Source: Macrostomum hystrix
Taxonomy: Eukaryota > Animalia > Platyhelminthes
DNA length: 64,000 nt
Assembly: GCA_950097015.1 (NCBI GenBank)
Contig: CATNEN010000014.1
Coordinates: forward strand, 1-64,000
Direction of reading: 5' to 3'
The notes below the pieces were generated by a model, which saw only the letters and a list, made by a program, of their open reading frames with translations, was not told the origin of the DNA and did not search any database. Below are positions 49,401-59,918 of this stretch, piece after piece; position 1 is the stretch's first letter, and every line of letters starts with the position of its first letter. A program made the translations under genes and the position numbers.

Positions 49401-52400
49401 CTGACCTCCACGCGAGTGGTCGTCTGGGCCGAAGTGCGCCGGTACACTCGGGAAGAAATGCCCTAGCATAAGCTCGAGCGTTTCCTCCGGGCGCTCAGTG
49501 ATCGAGCCGTCCGGCTTTTTAATCGATGAGAGCTTGGAGAAGCGGTCGTTGGTGAGCGCCTTTACCACGCGGGCCGTGGGCCGCGAGCCCTCAAGCCCTT
49601 CGCAGTATTGTCGCCACTTGTCCGCTTTTGCCCTTCTGACCCGGCTCTTAAACTCGTGGATGGCGCGAGTATAGGCCTCTTTGTCATCAGGGTCGTGCGA
49701 GGTTTTCAGCTTCCTCTGGAGAGCCTTAGCTCGGCGTCTTAGGACTCCGAGCTCGGGGTTCCACCAGGGGGCCGATTTTTTGCCTTTGTAGGCTTTGAGC
49801 GGGCAAGCCATTTCGTAGGCCTCTGTGATGGCGCCGCCCAGCAGGGCAGCCACTCCATCCAGGTCCTGCGTGGTTTCCATGGCCATGGAGGGGTCAGAAT
49901 CCCGAAGGCCCTCATGCAGCTTTTGGCTGAACGCGGGCCAGTCGGTATTTCTGACATTACGCCTCCAAATAGGCTTTTGCTTCTTATCGGGGGTGCCGAT
50001 GTTGAAACGGATGAAACGGTGGTCCGAGAGCGAGCTTTCGGTCTCCCACACCTCCCACCCCAGCACCCTTGGGAGGATGCCGGGTGAGGCCAGGGTGACG
50101 TCAAGCACCTCAGCCCACCGCCCATTGTCGAAAGTGGGCGTGTTGCCCACATTGCAGAAGTTTAGAGGCGTGCCGCTGACGAAGGCCAGGAGCTCTTCGC
50201 CGCGGTCATTGATTTTTGAGCTACCCCAGTGGGTGTGATGCGAGTTTACATCTCCCGCGAGGAGCAGCTCGAAGTTTCGTGCCCTGGCGAATTCACAGAG
50301 GGCGACGAGGGTATCGCTAACCACGGGGGCGTCGCCTGCCAGGTAGGCGGATGCCACGAGGGTCAACTTGTTAGGCACAATGTGTGCAGATTGGATGACG
50401 CAGATGTCCCCGTTAGAGAGATCGGGTCTCATCCACGCATTTAAGGCTTTTGCGGCATAGATCAGTGATCTAGGGCGGACAGAGTCTGCCATGCAGAAGC
50501 AGTCATAGCCAGCAGGAATGTTGCTTGGCTTGTTCTTTGATAGCCAGGGCTCCTGCACAAGTACAAGGCCCGGCATCATGCGCTCTGTCGTGCGCATCAG
50601 ATTGACTGATGCTGCCACGCAGTGCTGGGTGTTAACTTGCAGACATGATATTCCGGGGATCATCATGCAGGCAGAGGTCTACTTGGAGGGGGACCCAGCC
50701 AGAAGGCGGTCCTCCTCCTCCGGGTCGATGTCGGTAGCCATGGGCTCCTCCGTGCCCAGGCCCCGAGCCGGAGACGGGAACTCGACGGCGTCAGCCGCCC
50801 AGTCCCCGCCCCCGGCCCCGAGCCCAGGCCCAGAGTCGCCCTCAACTGGAGCCGACACCGCTCCCTGGGCCGTGGGAGGGGCGCTCGAAGGGCCCTGCTC
50901 GATGGAGCTGGGCACCTCTGAGGCCTCCCCCGTAGCCCTTGGTTGCGGCGCCTGCCCCGGTGGGCCACCGCGCATCTCAGCGCGCAGCTGGGCCATCTTG
51001 GCGGTTCGCACCACCTCGGAGGCCCGCTGGAGAAGGCCCCGGCGCTTTGTGACACGCGCGGGGCGACGCTCAGAGCTGCCAGCGATGGCACGCTCTGGCC
51101 TTTTTTGGCGGGACGACTGGGCCCTGCCCCCAGTCCCAGCCTTGGGGTCCGAGGACCCTTCATTGGCCGGTACGGTGGTGGGCCCGGTCTGACCTCGGGT
51201 TTTATCCGCCTCGAAGGCGAAGATTTTGGTCTTCCACAGACCAATGCAAATGTTGGCGCCATCTGGGTAGCGGCGTGTCCATTGCTCGGACAGGCCCAGA
51301 ATGGCGGTGAAACCGGTGCCGTCGGGGCGCAGGATCGTGCGGTGCACGATCAGGCCCGCTGTCGGCAGCTCCCGGTTCATCGCGATGAGGCCCCTGCGGA
51401 GGTCCTCAGCGCTGGTGACGACACTTTTCGCCGGGACGAAGATACGGTGTCGCTTGGTCTTTGGTGGCTCGTTCTCCCGTAGGAACTCGAGGCCAGCCGC
51501 CCAGCTCTGCGTGGGCAGCAACTCGAGGAGCCGCCGCCCCGATTCCGCATCGCCGGGCCAGACGACGAAGCACGATTCCCTGGTAGCGCTTGCGCCGACC
51601 GCCAGGGGCTCGCCCTTCAGTTGAAGTTGCCACAACATAGCATCTATGTTGCGGCAAATGTCGCTGAGCTGTTCGCTGCTCAGCCTTTTCCCGTCTCTGC
51701 CGGTGATGATGACGGCAGGTTGCCTACGTGCGATGGCGGCGTAGGTAGCTTGTGGTCCCGGGCCCTGTCCGGTGGCGTCCCCACCCTCGGGATCTGCGTC
51801 GGCGGTGGGCACTGGGCCCTCCGCCTCCGCTTCTCCTTCGGGCCGGGCAGCCGTCCGGATGGGCGCCGGGCCCTCCTTGGCCCGCGACCCTGGCCTCGGG
51901 GCGTCGTGGGCTCCGCCCCGTGCAGGAGCCTGGGCAGGAGGCACAAGGCCCCCCGCCCCAGCCCCCGCCCTAGGCAGAGCCCCTTCGGCCCCTCTGGCCT
52001 GGGCCTGGTCCTTGGTCAATGGAGCCGACGTGCCGTGGGCCAGCATGCGCCTACGGCGTTTTGCCGCTCCAGAGGTGGTGGAGCGCTTAGCGCCCCGGTC
52101 ATCGCGCGAGTTGGGCAGCGCGGCATTTGTGGCGGTCGCGGGGCCAGCTAGCCCGGGCGCCGCAGCGTGTATGGCCTCAGGCACCATGGTGTCCTCGGCC
52201 GGAGCAGTTGAAGGGCTAGAAGCCATTGAAAGCTGCAATGAAGAGAGGGGCTTCCTGTAGACACAGGCAGGAATAACCCGCTCAGCCGCGATCCCAAAAC
52301 TGAGCGGGGGCAGCCAAAAAAGACAAGTTACAACCCGGGGTGGGATGCCAGGACCACCGGGAGGAACCGTAAGAGACCAGACTACTCCCTGGCCAAGCGT

Positions 52401-55400
52401 CCATCAGCACGGTCAACACTGGGACATTGGAGGGTGCCATTGAGCCGGCGCCGAGGCCTGCGGGCTGGCCGCAAACCCTGTTAAGGTCAAAGGGTGACAC
52501 CTGTCCCTCAGGGCCGTAGCCAGAGGTACCTGATCACGCACAGGTGCACGAAAATTGCGGACAAGCCACATACCCTGTTAAGGTCAAAGGGTGACACCTT
52601 TCCCTCCAGCCGGGGCTAGAGGTACCCAGTTTGGCCGGAGGCCCTGGATGGGTCATCCAGCGCTGTTGCCCATTCTGTCCGGCTGCCCTAGGGTCAGCCT
52701 TGAACACTCGCGGGACGTGTACCCATGGGTCAGCTGACGGGACAGCGTTGGAGGGATTCCTGCACCCGAAGGTACAGGTCTCCTTCCTGCCAGGCCTGCT
52801 CAAAAAACGGCTGCAGGTGTGAGGCATCGCAGACCAAAGCCCGTGGGCCTGGACTGACTCATACCTCACAGGCACTGTGTCCCGCCGGTGCGAGCTCTGC
52901 GGCGCTAACTGGGGTCACGATATCTTTCATAAGAACCTGTGACGGTCGAGACAGTGAAAATAATTGTAAGTACGGCAATTATTTTCAAGCAGTTATGGTG
53001 ATGTGCATGCTAGCTAACTATGCATGCTAACTTACTAGTATAGATTTCTCGCTTTGCCACACGACATAATCAAGGATTAATTAAACAAATAAAGTCATAC
53101 CCGCTCCAGTAGTGAAAGAGTCCCTTTTAGCGCACCCTCGGGACGGCCGAACGGAAAACAAAAGCGAAACTCGGTAACCTGATGCACCAGAAACAGCCTA
53201 AGCCTCTGCTTGATCTCCTCAAAGCGAGTTCGCTCTTCGTGCAGCACAGTTCCTATACCATCAGGCCTGGGAGTTTTTTATTGGTAAAAAACTGTAAACT
53301 GCTGCAGCTTTCTTAATATAAGTGCAAACTAAGTATTAAGTATTAAACAATCTGCATTGCACTTCGTGCAATAAATGGTTAAGCAGTTAAAAAGTATGAT
53401 TTAAAATGATTTAAGTTATATTGGACAGTAAAATGATTTTAAAGATTTTTTAAAAAATCATTTAAATTATAAAGGAACCAGGTTAAAATTATTAAGGCGT
53501 GAAATAGTCACGCTTTTAGGTCAATGGGCAACCGCGAGAGGCGTAATGTTCGCTATACTCTCGTCACCAAGTCTTAATATTCGAGCGATATATGAACTAA
53601 GATTTAACTAACTGTAACAGTTAGTTACAGTGCGATCGCATAGTTACTAATGAAAGACGAGTATCAGTATTGAACATTTATTTTTACTATATCTGATATC
53701 GATATGGTCATCGCGGAATAACATTTGGTTACCAGAACTTGCCTTTTACCGTGTACATGAGAAACACAAAAGGCAAAGCTGTAGTGCATCAGCGCTGGGT
53801 CAATAGCTAAGCAGCGGATCTCCTGGGCATCGAGAAGGTTCTCCAAGTAGTAGATGTGCCTGAGACAACCGCGCACTCCGTACCTCGCGCAGTACTCGTC
53901 TAGAACAAATAGCTGATCAGGACTAAGCCAACCAAGGCTACAGTATGGATCAGCAAACCGGTATTCGAGAGTGAGTGATTGCAGCCTGCGAAACAAGGCC
54001 GCGTGGTTATGTCGACGAGAATCTGTACGCACGATCTCTTCAATATCAGCACGCCGAGTAGCCACGACAGCAGATGACAGCGACGATGAGGCATGGGGTG
54101 CAGCGGCAGTTCCCGATGGCAGAGCATCCTGAGGCACTTCAGGTTTGTGGGTCTGATCTGTAGCCCTATAGATGGCCTGAACCCACAGCTTCCGATCTGC
54201 TTCATCATCCGAGGCGTATGTGACAGAGTCACCCTCACGAACAGTGCCGAAGAAAAAGTGGCGCGCGGAAGCCGCACTCGTCAGCAACAGTTCAGATGTT
54301 TTTTCACAAAGATAGTCCACCGTGCAGTCACTCAATGACATAACTTCATGTGGCTCGGGATTTCTGTCTTGAAATGAGGCAATCACGAAGTTGCACTGGC
54401 TAATCTGGTGAAGCCAGTGGATGGAGGGAGGGTCAGTCCGGAAATGTGCATAGCGTCAAATTAGATATTGAACGCTGAAATTATAGGCACACCTGTACTA
54501 GACAGACATAGCGCTTTTTCCACTTCTTGAAGAAATTCTTTCCGGTCATCCACAACCAGCCGCAGTGTTTCAGGTTGTACGGTTTATCCATGCGCAGAAA
54601 AATTTTTATTCTTAGGTCGTCTGAACAGTTCTTGCCTGTGACCATCTTGTACCACTCATAGCCGTTGGCTGTCGTACACGTCGGCTTAAGAATCACCTAG
54701 GGAGAAAATAATAATTATTGCTTCCATGGCGCAAGCTATTTAGGTAGTGATATTTTCAGTTTTAAATACCGAAAAATTGTCATGAGCACATTAGCATATC
54801 TGGATTCCATTCTGACAAAAATTTTATAATGAACAAGGAAGTTTAATCGATCGACAGCAACTAAGCGTATCATTCTTGAGAATGATACCATTGACCAAAG
54901 CAATGAGATTTGGTCATTGAAGTATGACCAAAGTCAAACTGGACGGTCTACCTCCACAAATTACCGTCAATGGCGAGTTGCTGTATTAATCCGGATCGTC
55001 GAAGAGTCGACTGGTGTGGTGAGAGCGGCGAAGTGCGGTGGTTGGGACCGCTTCATTCCTAGATCTATGGATCGCTGATGATCCGATTTTGTAAGTCATA
55101 GCTCGCAAAGCAGAACAGAACTTAGATTAGGAACCCATCGAGGAGAACTGTATTTGATGACATTGTTCTTTATTATGTTCCGATTCCAGTTTTTAATGAG
55201 TTTATGCTTCGCTTTATTTACGAATCATACGCTCGTATAAGCTACATTATGCCACAACTTTCTACCTTAACTTTGAACACCTTAATGCTTGCAATCAATT
55301 GATCCGTGCTACGTTTCTTTTTATCAATCGCCTTTCAAATACATACGCTAAATAGGTGCTCCCAGAACTAAACCGATTGAAACAAAACAGCAGTTTTGGC

Positions 55401-57070
55401 CAAAGAATATCTTAAGCGACAGCGAAATGCATTGGATTTCACTATAGTGGAATAAACAGATTGTTCTTAGGACCAAGTCGACGGGGAACGCTATATTTTA
55501 ATCATTATACGCTATATTCGCTATAATCATAAACGCTATATTTGTATGTTTCTACAATGCATTGAACCATATTTTCTAGAAAAAATTTATAAAATATAGT
55601 ATTAGCATACTGGGAAGTAGCAAAAGCGATCGAAGTATTTGCACAGGCAATTAACTATAGATAGCAATTTTAGCCCTCAGAAAAGCTAGTTTGAAAAATT
55701 ATCCGGCATTTCCGCTGTAGACTGAAATAAGACCATTGTAGACTGAAATACCGGTCAGATTTAGATGTTTAGTATAAGTGTGATTTTTAAGTGTACTTTA
55801 GCAGAGAATGAAGGCATCACATGAGTTGGTCCGTAAGTGCGTTTCAGGCGTTGAGTGAGCGACAATATGAAAAAAATATGATAAGGTAAAAATAATCACC
55901 TTGCCTAGTTGCTTGTCTTCGAGGCTGAGCATCCCAGCAGTCTCTGCAAAGAGCTTTACTCTGATAGTAGGTAGGGGCTGGGAGGTGCTGAAATCCCCTT
56001 GTGTATCCCACAACGGATGCGATGCCTTAGCTTTATCAGTCCGCAGCTTTTCTCCACCATCGAGCTCCATCGTGCAGTACACAACGCGGCTTCCCGACAC
56101 GCATTTTAGGTTGCGAACCTCGCAAACCATGACCTGAAAATAATCACGTGTCAAATCTTAACATTTAACTAAGTACATGGGACTTAGCAATGAGAAATGC
56201 ATACATTTAATTTTTTATCTTTACTCAAAGCCTCTGAGAAACCTAAAAGCAACATATTTATCTAACTGAAATTCACCGATAAATATTCATTATCGGCAGC
56301 ATTTTATAGGAATAAATCTAAAAAACCCCGAGACCCTTGTGTGCTAGGATTGACATTTCCAACTTTACTAACTTTACCAACTTTACTAAATTGGTGCTCC
56401 GGAGTCGGTGGCAGAGCGGTTAACGCGTTTGCCTCTTGCACCACGGTTCCTAAGTTCGATTCCACGGCGAGGCCACATGTATTTGGAGCGCAGCCTCAAA
56501 TATTATTAATTTATTAAATTATTAAATTGGTGCTCCACCTGTACATTTTATGGAAATATACATACAGATTCTCCAATTGGACCATAGATTGACCAAATTT
56601 GTCCCTCACTGCATCGTATAATTCCTAGGTGAAATATAAGCAGCCAGCCAACGACAGCGTACGTCGTACGCTACGACAGCCAATGGCTATGAGTGGTACA
56701 ATAAACAGATCATTACGCAGGCTATAATAAAAAATGCTATAATAGCTACGTATATATAATATACTAATGAAGAGGAAAACATTACCTGTATGCTGAAGTT
56801 AAGTTGTATGCTACCGAAATGTGAGGTGCTATAATTTCGTACAGATTCACCAGATACAACTTTGCTGTGCTGCTTGACATTGTGTCGAATTTTTAGCGGT
56901 GTCTGGTGGTGATGCGTAAGCCCAAGCAAATTACGACCACCGGTGTCTGAGCTACCTTTTTGCATTGGCACTGCCTCCAGGTTGTTCATGAGTTGGGACA
57001 CTGTCGCCCTGGCCTCTTCGTTGAACAGCGGCTCCATGCCCTTCACAGTAAATTTCGGGTACTTACGGTA
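43490..57070 (-). CDS. CADPS: Calcium-dependent secretion activator (CAPS/unc-31). The 5' exons lie outside the recognised region and one exon is split by a LINE.
   Basis: Exons 57070-56786, 56133-55900 (C2), 54696-54493 (PH), 54404-53743, 53266-53101, 52936-52895 + 46829-46748, 46663-46557, 46213-46057, 45752-45304 (MHD1), 44644-44378, 44060-43866 and 43612-43490. Motifs include [28 protein letters not shown] and [16 protein letters not shown]. Confidence 0.93.
44888..45160 (+). mobile_element. Diverged SINE family A copy in a CADPS intron
   Basis: CACTGTCTGACGATG...GCAGATGTACACAC matches 1760-1810. Confidence 0.7.
46962..50666 (-). CDS. LINE ORF2: AP endonuclease - RT - RNase H - CCHC, 1234 aa
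   Basis: VQEPW/GDVNSHH/SDH endonuclease motifs, [35 protein letters not shown] RNase H, and CPFC...[10 protein letters not shown]. Confidence 0.96.
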   Translation of the reverse strand: MMIPGISCLQVNTQHCVAASVNLMRTTERMMPGLVLVQEPWLSKNKPSNIPAGYDCFCMADSVRPRSLIYAAKALNAWMRPDLSNGDICVIQSAHIVPNKLTLVASAYLAGDAPVVSDTLVALCEFARARNFELLLAGDVNSHHTHWGSSKINDRGEELLAFVSGTPLNFCNVGNTPTFDNGRWAEVLDVTLASPGILPRVLGWEVWETESSLSDHRFIRFNIGTPDKKQKPIWRRNVRNTDWPAFSQKLHEGLRDSDPSMAMETTQDLDGVAALLGGAITEAYEMACPLKAYKGKKSAPWWNPELGVLRRRAKALQRKLKTSHDPDDKEAYTRAIHEFKSRVRRAKADKWRQYCEGLEGSRPTARVVKALTNDRFSKLSSIKKPDGSITERPEETLELMLGHFFPSVPAHFGPDDHSRGGQGLAQSLVTNDRIVRAAKSFNPFKAPGPDGIYPAFLHEAVKNGRFLHLLCRLLRACIVLGYVPARWHEARVVFIPKPAKGDYRSVKSYRPISLTSTCLKLMERLVLWRLLTVELGRAPLSPNQHAFRAGRSTESALHCIVETLEKAVLGSGFALAVFLDIEGAFDNVIFEAFEKALVSRATHPHLVRWVMYMIRNRHVVAHLEGRVLSAPVLKGGPQGGVLTPLLWNLVMDELLKSTRPDPVLKVGYADDVTAICAGPSAETTRDLIQGFINRAVRWADQCGLRLSESKTVAVMFTSRLRWTIEPLTLYGKNIAMEKQVRCLGILLDHRLNWTPHITTKAKRALAILAQVRRAVGTTWGLTPKNLWWIYTAIIRPSVAYAGLIWASAMSIQKNLEALYRVQGRACRMTLGAPPSTPFEGMNAFLNATPIDIFVKGEAAKSTRRLLDAGVSFQNSRAFSKRSLLPHSDLCLKTLGECGGLTILSDGAPATLLRSHRYKVSIFPRNEVKDCWDDPAVHCYTDGSLMNGKSGFGVCVASGGEVLWTHSQHCGKSSSVFQNEMLAISFCAAELRQRQLAGRRIFFHSDSQAALKALSRCTSRSRTTLDCNTQLNGLAQSNKVELMWIPGHAGLTGNEMADELAKAGAASSLMGPGPESPIPASVVNSSINHWMETQHRRRWSSTLNCRQSRAAVPTPSSNLRKALLRLNRRDLRAVTMALSGHGCFTRHRYLQGHVPEETCPFCCSGRENAEHFICHCPAFTRARLKHLGPAPTLAEACSPENIPQLAHFLRDTGRADFFPAYGEEDRAAEPTDGPP
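50679..52238 (-). CDS. LINE ORF1, 519 aa (DUF4780-like core, low-complexity flanks)
   Basis: Long ORF immediately upstream of ORF2 on the same strand. It has no CCHC knuckles. The domain call is by eye. Confidence 0.8.
   Translation of the reverse strand: MQLSMASSPSTAPAEDTMVPEAIHAAAPGLAGPATATNAALPNSRDDRGAKRSTTSGAAKRRRRMLAHGTSAPLTKDQAQARGAEGALPRAGAGAGGLVPPAQAPARGGAHDAPRPGSRAKEGPAPIRTAARPEGEAEAEGPVPTADADPEGGDATGQGPGPQATYAAIARRQPAVIITGRDGKRLSSEQLSDICRNIDAMLWQLQLKGEPLAVGASATRESCFVVWPGDAESGRRLLELLPTQSWAAGLEFLRENEPPKTKRHRIFVPAKSVVTSAEDLRRGLIAMNRELPTAGLIVHRTILRPDGTGFTAILGLSEQWTRRYPDGANICIGLWKTKIFAFEADKTRGQTGPTTVPANEGSSDPKAGTGGRAQSSRQKRPERAIAGSSERRPARVTKRRGLLQRASEVVRTAKMAQLRAEMRGGPPGQAPQPRATGEASEVPSSIEQGPSSAPPTAQGAVSAPVEGDSGPGLGAGGGDWAADAVEFPSPARGLGTEEPMATDIDPEEEDRLLAGSPSK
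56401..56495 (+). mobile_element. SINE family A head only (tRNA-like part)
   Basis: GGAGTCGGTGGCAGAGCGG...AAGTTCGATTCC. Confidence 0.8.
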
Positions 57071-57344
57071 CTGAGGGACCAACGGAATGAAGTGAGAATT
57101 TTAATTAATCAATTGTGAGAAAAAACTAATAAATTGATTAATCAAAATCTCCAAGAAAAGAATAATCAAACAAGCCGATGAGCTGACAGTAGCACCTTTT
57201 TAGTGCACGCGATTATGGGTGACCATGAAATCTAAATCTAAAGGCAACAGTCACTGATTCACTCATTCTCCTTCTCATTCGCATTTTCAACCTGTCGATT
57301 CTAATACTCGTAAAATGCAAAATAATTTACAAATTATTTTAATA

Positions 57345-57652
57345 ATTGATTACACCTGCCCCAATTGGGTCAGATGTGCAGCCGACAGCACAGCCGCAGC
57401 TAATGCGCGGCGCATCTGAAGGCTGCGTACAGCTGTTCAGTACATGGACTGGGGGACGCCACACCCACCTTCAATTATCCTGATTGAATGATGCTGGTGC
57501 TGATGCTGGTACCCATTTAACAGCTGGGTGAACTGAAGCAATGTAGAGTTAAGTGTCTTGCTAAAGGACACAAATTGTTCAGGGGAGTCGGGAATCGAAC
57601 CCCCGACCTTCAAGTCGTGAGTCCGACGCCCTAACCACTAGGCTACAACCTC
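57345..57652 (-). mobile_element. tRNA-derived CORE-type SINE (family B)
   Basis: Head GTAGCCTAGTGGTTAGGGCG...GGTTCGATTCCCG followed by a CORE-like TGTGTCCTTTAGCAAGACACTTAAC...CCCAGCTGTTAAATGGGTACC. Confidence 0.8.
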
Positions 57653-58404
57653 TACAAATTATACTATACTCTTTTAAAGATATTTTTACTAGAGCTACAA
57701 AAGATCGGCAACATCTGGTTCTTAATTGTGTGTCTTACCTCTCCTCTGGCATAACTCTCCCTGCAATCCGGCATATCTATCCAATCAGTTTTATCTATCT
57801 GCTTTCCATCTATCGTCCTTTATTTGGCTAACTATAGTTTCCAGCTATAGCTATATATCCCTGAAACTCACGTGCATGAACTCCTAACTGAACTGTGTAT
57901 ATATAAATGCACTTACCAATATAGACTCCTCTAGCAGTTGTAGACGTCCATCTAGCTCACGGCGGATTTGAGCCGCCTGCTCGTCTGCGTTGTCCAACTA
58001 AAAAATAGGGTGAAAACAGTTTTTTAGCTTTAACCAAGCTTAGATATCTTAATTATTTGTACTCGTATATGCTAATAGAATAAATATCTCAGAACAATTC
58101 CAAGGGACAAAAATTGGACAACAAAAACTTGGTTTCGAAAGTATCGGCAGCACTTTTATAAATCATCAATAAATAATCCAAAATGAGCTATGTAGTGAAA
58201 CATGTGACGTGTACTTTAGTTTTTTTCTAGGCTGTTGTGTCAGGCCGGTTTGTTTGGCTCGCCCTCTCTTACCCCCCGTCTCTGCTCTGTTGCCCTGAGC
58301 CGTCACCTGATTGGCTGGGCGCAGGCATGGTCTCTTACCCCTCCCAGCCCTGCTTGGCTTTGCCCCTCCTGCAAATCAGCTCTGCTTAGCTATGCCCGTC
58401 CACT

Positions 58405-59395
58405 GGGAGCCCGACATTTGACTGCTGCCATTTGACTTCCACCATTTGACTGCGGAGCATTTGACTGCGGACAATTTGACTGCGGAGCATTTGACTGCGG
58501 ACAATTTGACTGCGGAGCATTTGACTGCGGACAATTTGACTGCGGAGCATTTGACTGCGGAGCATTTGACTGCGGACAATTTGACTGCCGAGCATTTGAC
58601 CGCGGACAATTTGACTGCCAGCCATTTGACCGCGGACAATTTGACTGCGGAGCATTTGACTGCGGACAATTTGACTGCGGACAATTTGACTGCGGAGCAT
58701 TTGACGGCGGGCAATTTGACTGCCGAGCATTTGACCGCGGACAATTTGACTCCCAGCCATTTGACTGCGGACAATTCCACACTTTTGGCTGCACATTTAT
58801 TGACTGCCACTTCAAAACGCATTTCGTTTAGATGTTTATAATTAGTCGCAGAGCGGTTGAAACGAGGGTCACTTTAAACCCATTGCAAATTCCCATGGCT
58901 CCGTGAGGATAATTTCAATTGCAAACAATTGTCAACAGAGGATTTTCCTTCTCTCAGAGCTCGAAATTTCCTAGATAAAAATGACTATAACAAAGTGTGA
59001 GAGCAACCGTAAAATACTCATAATTGGTTGCTGAGGCACAATTTTTCACAGACTAACTTATACTTATTTATCCGGAAATAATTATATAACTATTGCGAAG
59101 CTTTCTGGTCGTGGAGATAGAATGTTATAATGAACGAATTTACCATTTATTCTGGTTCTGGAACTGGGGAATCAGATTGTGGCAGTCAAATATCTGGCAG
59201 TCAAATTGTCCGCGGTCAAATGCTCGGCAGTCAAATTGCCCGCAGTCAAATGCTCCGCAGTCAAATTGCCCGCAGTCAAATGCTCGGCAGTCAAATTGTC
59301 CGTAGTCAAATGCTCCGCAGTCAAATTGTCCGCAGTCAAATTGTCCGCAGTCAAATGGTGGCAGTCAAATTGCAGCAGTCAAATGTCGTAGTCCC
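58405..59395. mobile_element. Non-autonomous foldback/MULE-type element with TIRs made of 15-bp tandem repeats, 9-bp TSD CCGTCCACT
   Basis: TSDs at 58396-58404 and 59396-59404. ATTTGACTGCGGA(GC/CA) arrays at about 58415-58790, inverted at about 59180-59387. GGG...CCC termini. Confidence 0.9.
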
Positions 59396-59918
59396 CCGTC
59401 CACTCGGCCAGCGCGTACAACCCTACCCCTCCTTGCGCGCTGGCGTCTTGACCTTGGTGAGCAAAACGTTTTCCTGTCTGCCCCACCCCCCAAGTAGCTG
59501 CTTTTTTGTAGTAGTATTTTTGTGGCCTGCGCTCCAGCGTGTCAATTGCGTTCTGTTCAAATTTGCTATTACAGCAAAGACTCAAATAAAAGCCCAATAA
59601 ACAAAACAGTTCTAAGCCCGCTTAGAGCAGTTACTCCGCTGACACCAGCCAGAAGTAAGTTGTGTCTCTTCGTTCTTTTATCACTTGGGGTGCGGCATGG
59701 CGACATTAGTCACCAAGGCCTGCGCGTTCGTGCGACCCCGGTCAGCACGGTCAGTGCGACAGTTGCTTGCCTGGAATGGTATCTGCACACGAAAGTTGAA
59801 CTTTTAGCGATTTCTGATTATGCTGAGAGTGGCCGAGGCTTGTATTCAGCTTTTATGCAGCGTATCGAAGGAGTCGACCCGAAACGCAGGCAGATGCTTC
59901 AGCGCGTAGACTCGCATG

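Larger units (their letters stand above)
46843..52894 (-). mobile_element. Intact non-LTR retrotransposon (LOA/R1-like, I group, with RNase H), 13-bp TSD
   Basis: TSD CTCTGCGGCGCTA at 46830-46842 and 52895-52907, two intact ORFs, and a 3' tail (TAAGTCAAG)2. Confidence 0.95.

Noticed and set aside
56401-56475. tRNA genes at 56401, 38150-38221 and 57575-57652
   Set aside because: A/B boxes are present but the cloverleaves are imperfect and each continues into a shared repeat body, so they are SINE heads.
58376-59600. Several overlapping repetitive ORFs (AVKLS, TADNL, SQIVR)
   Set aside because: Products of the 15-bp arrays in the foldback element arms, open in most frames.
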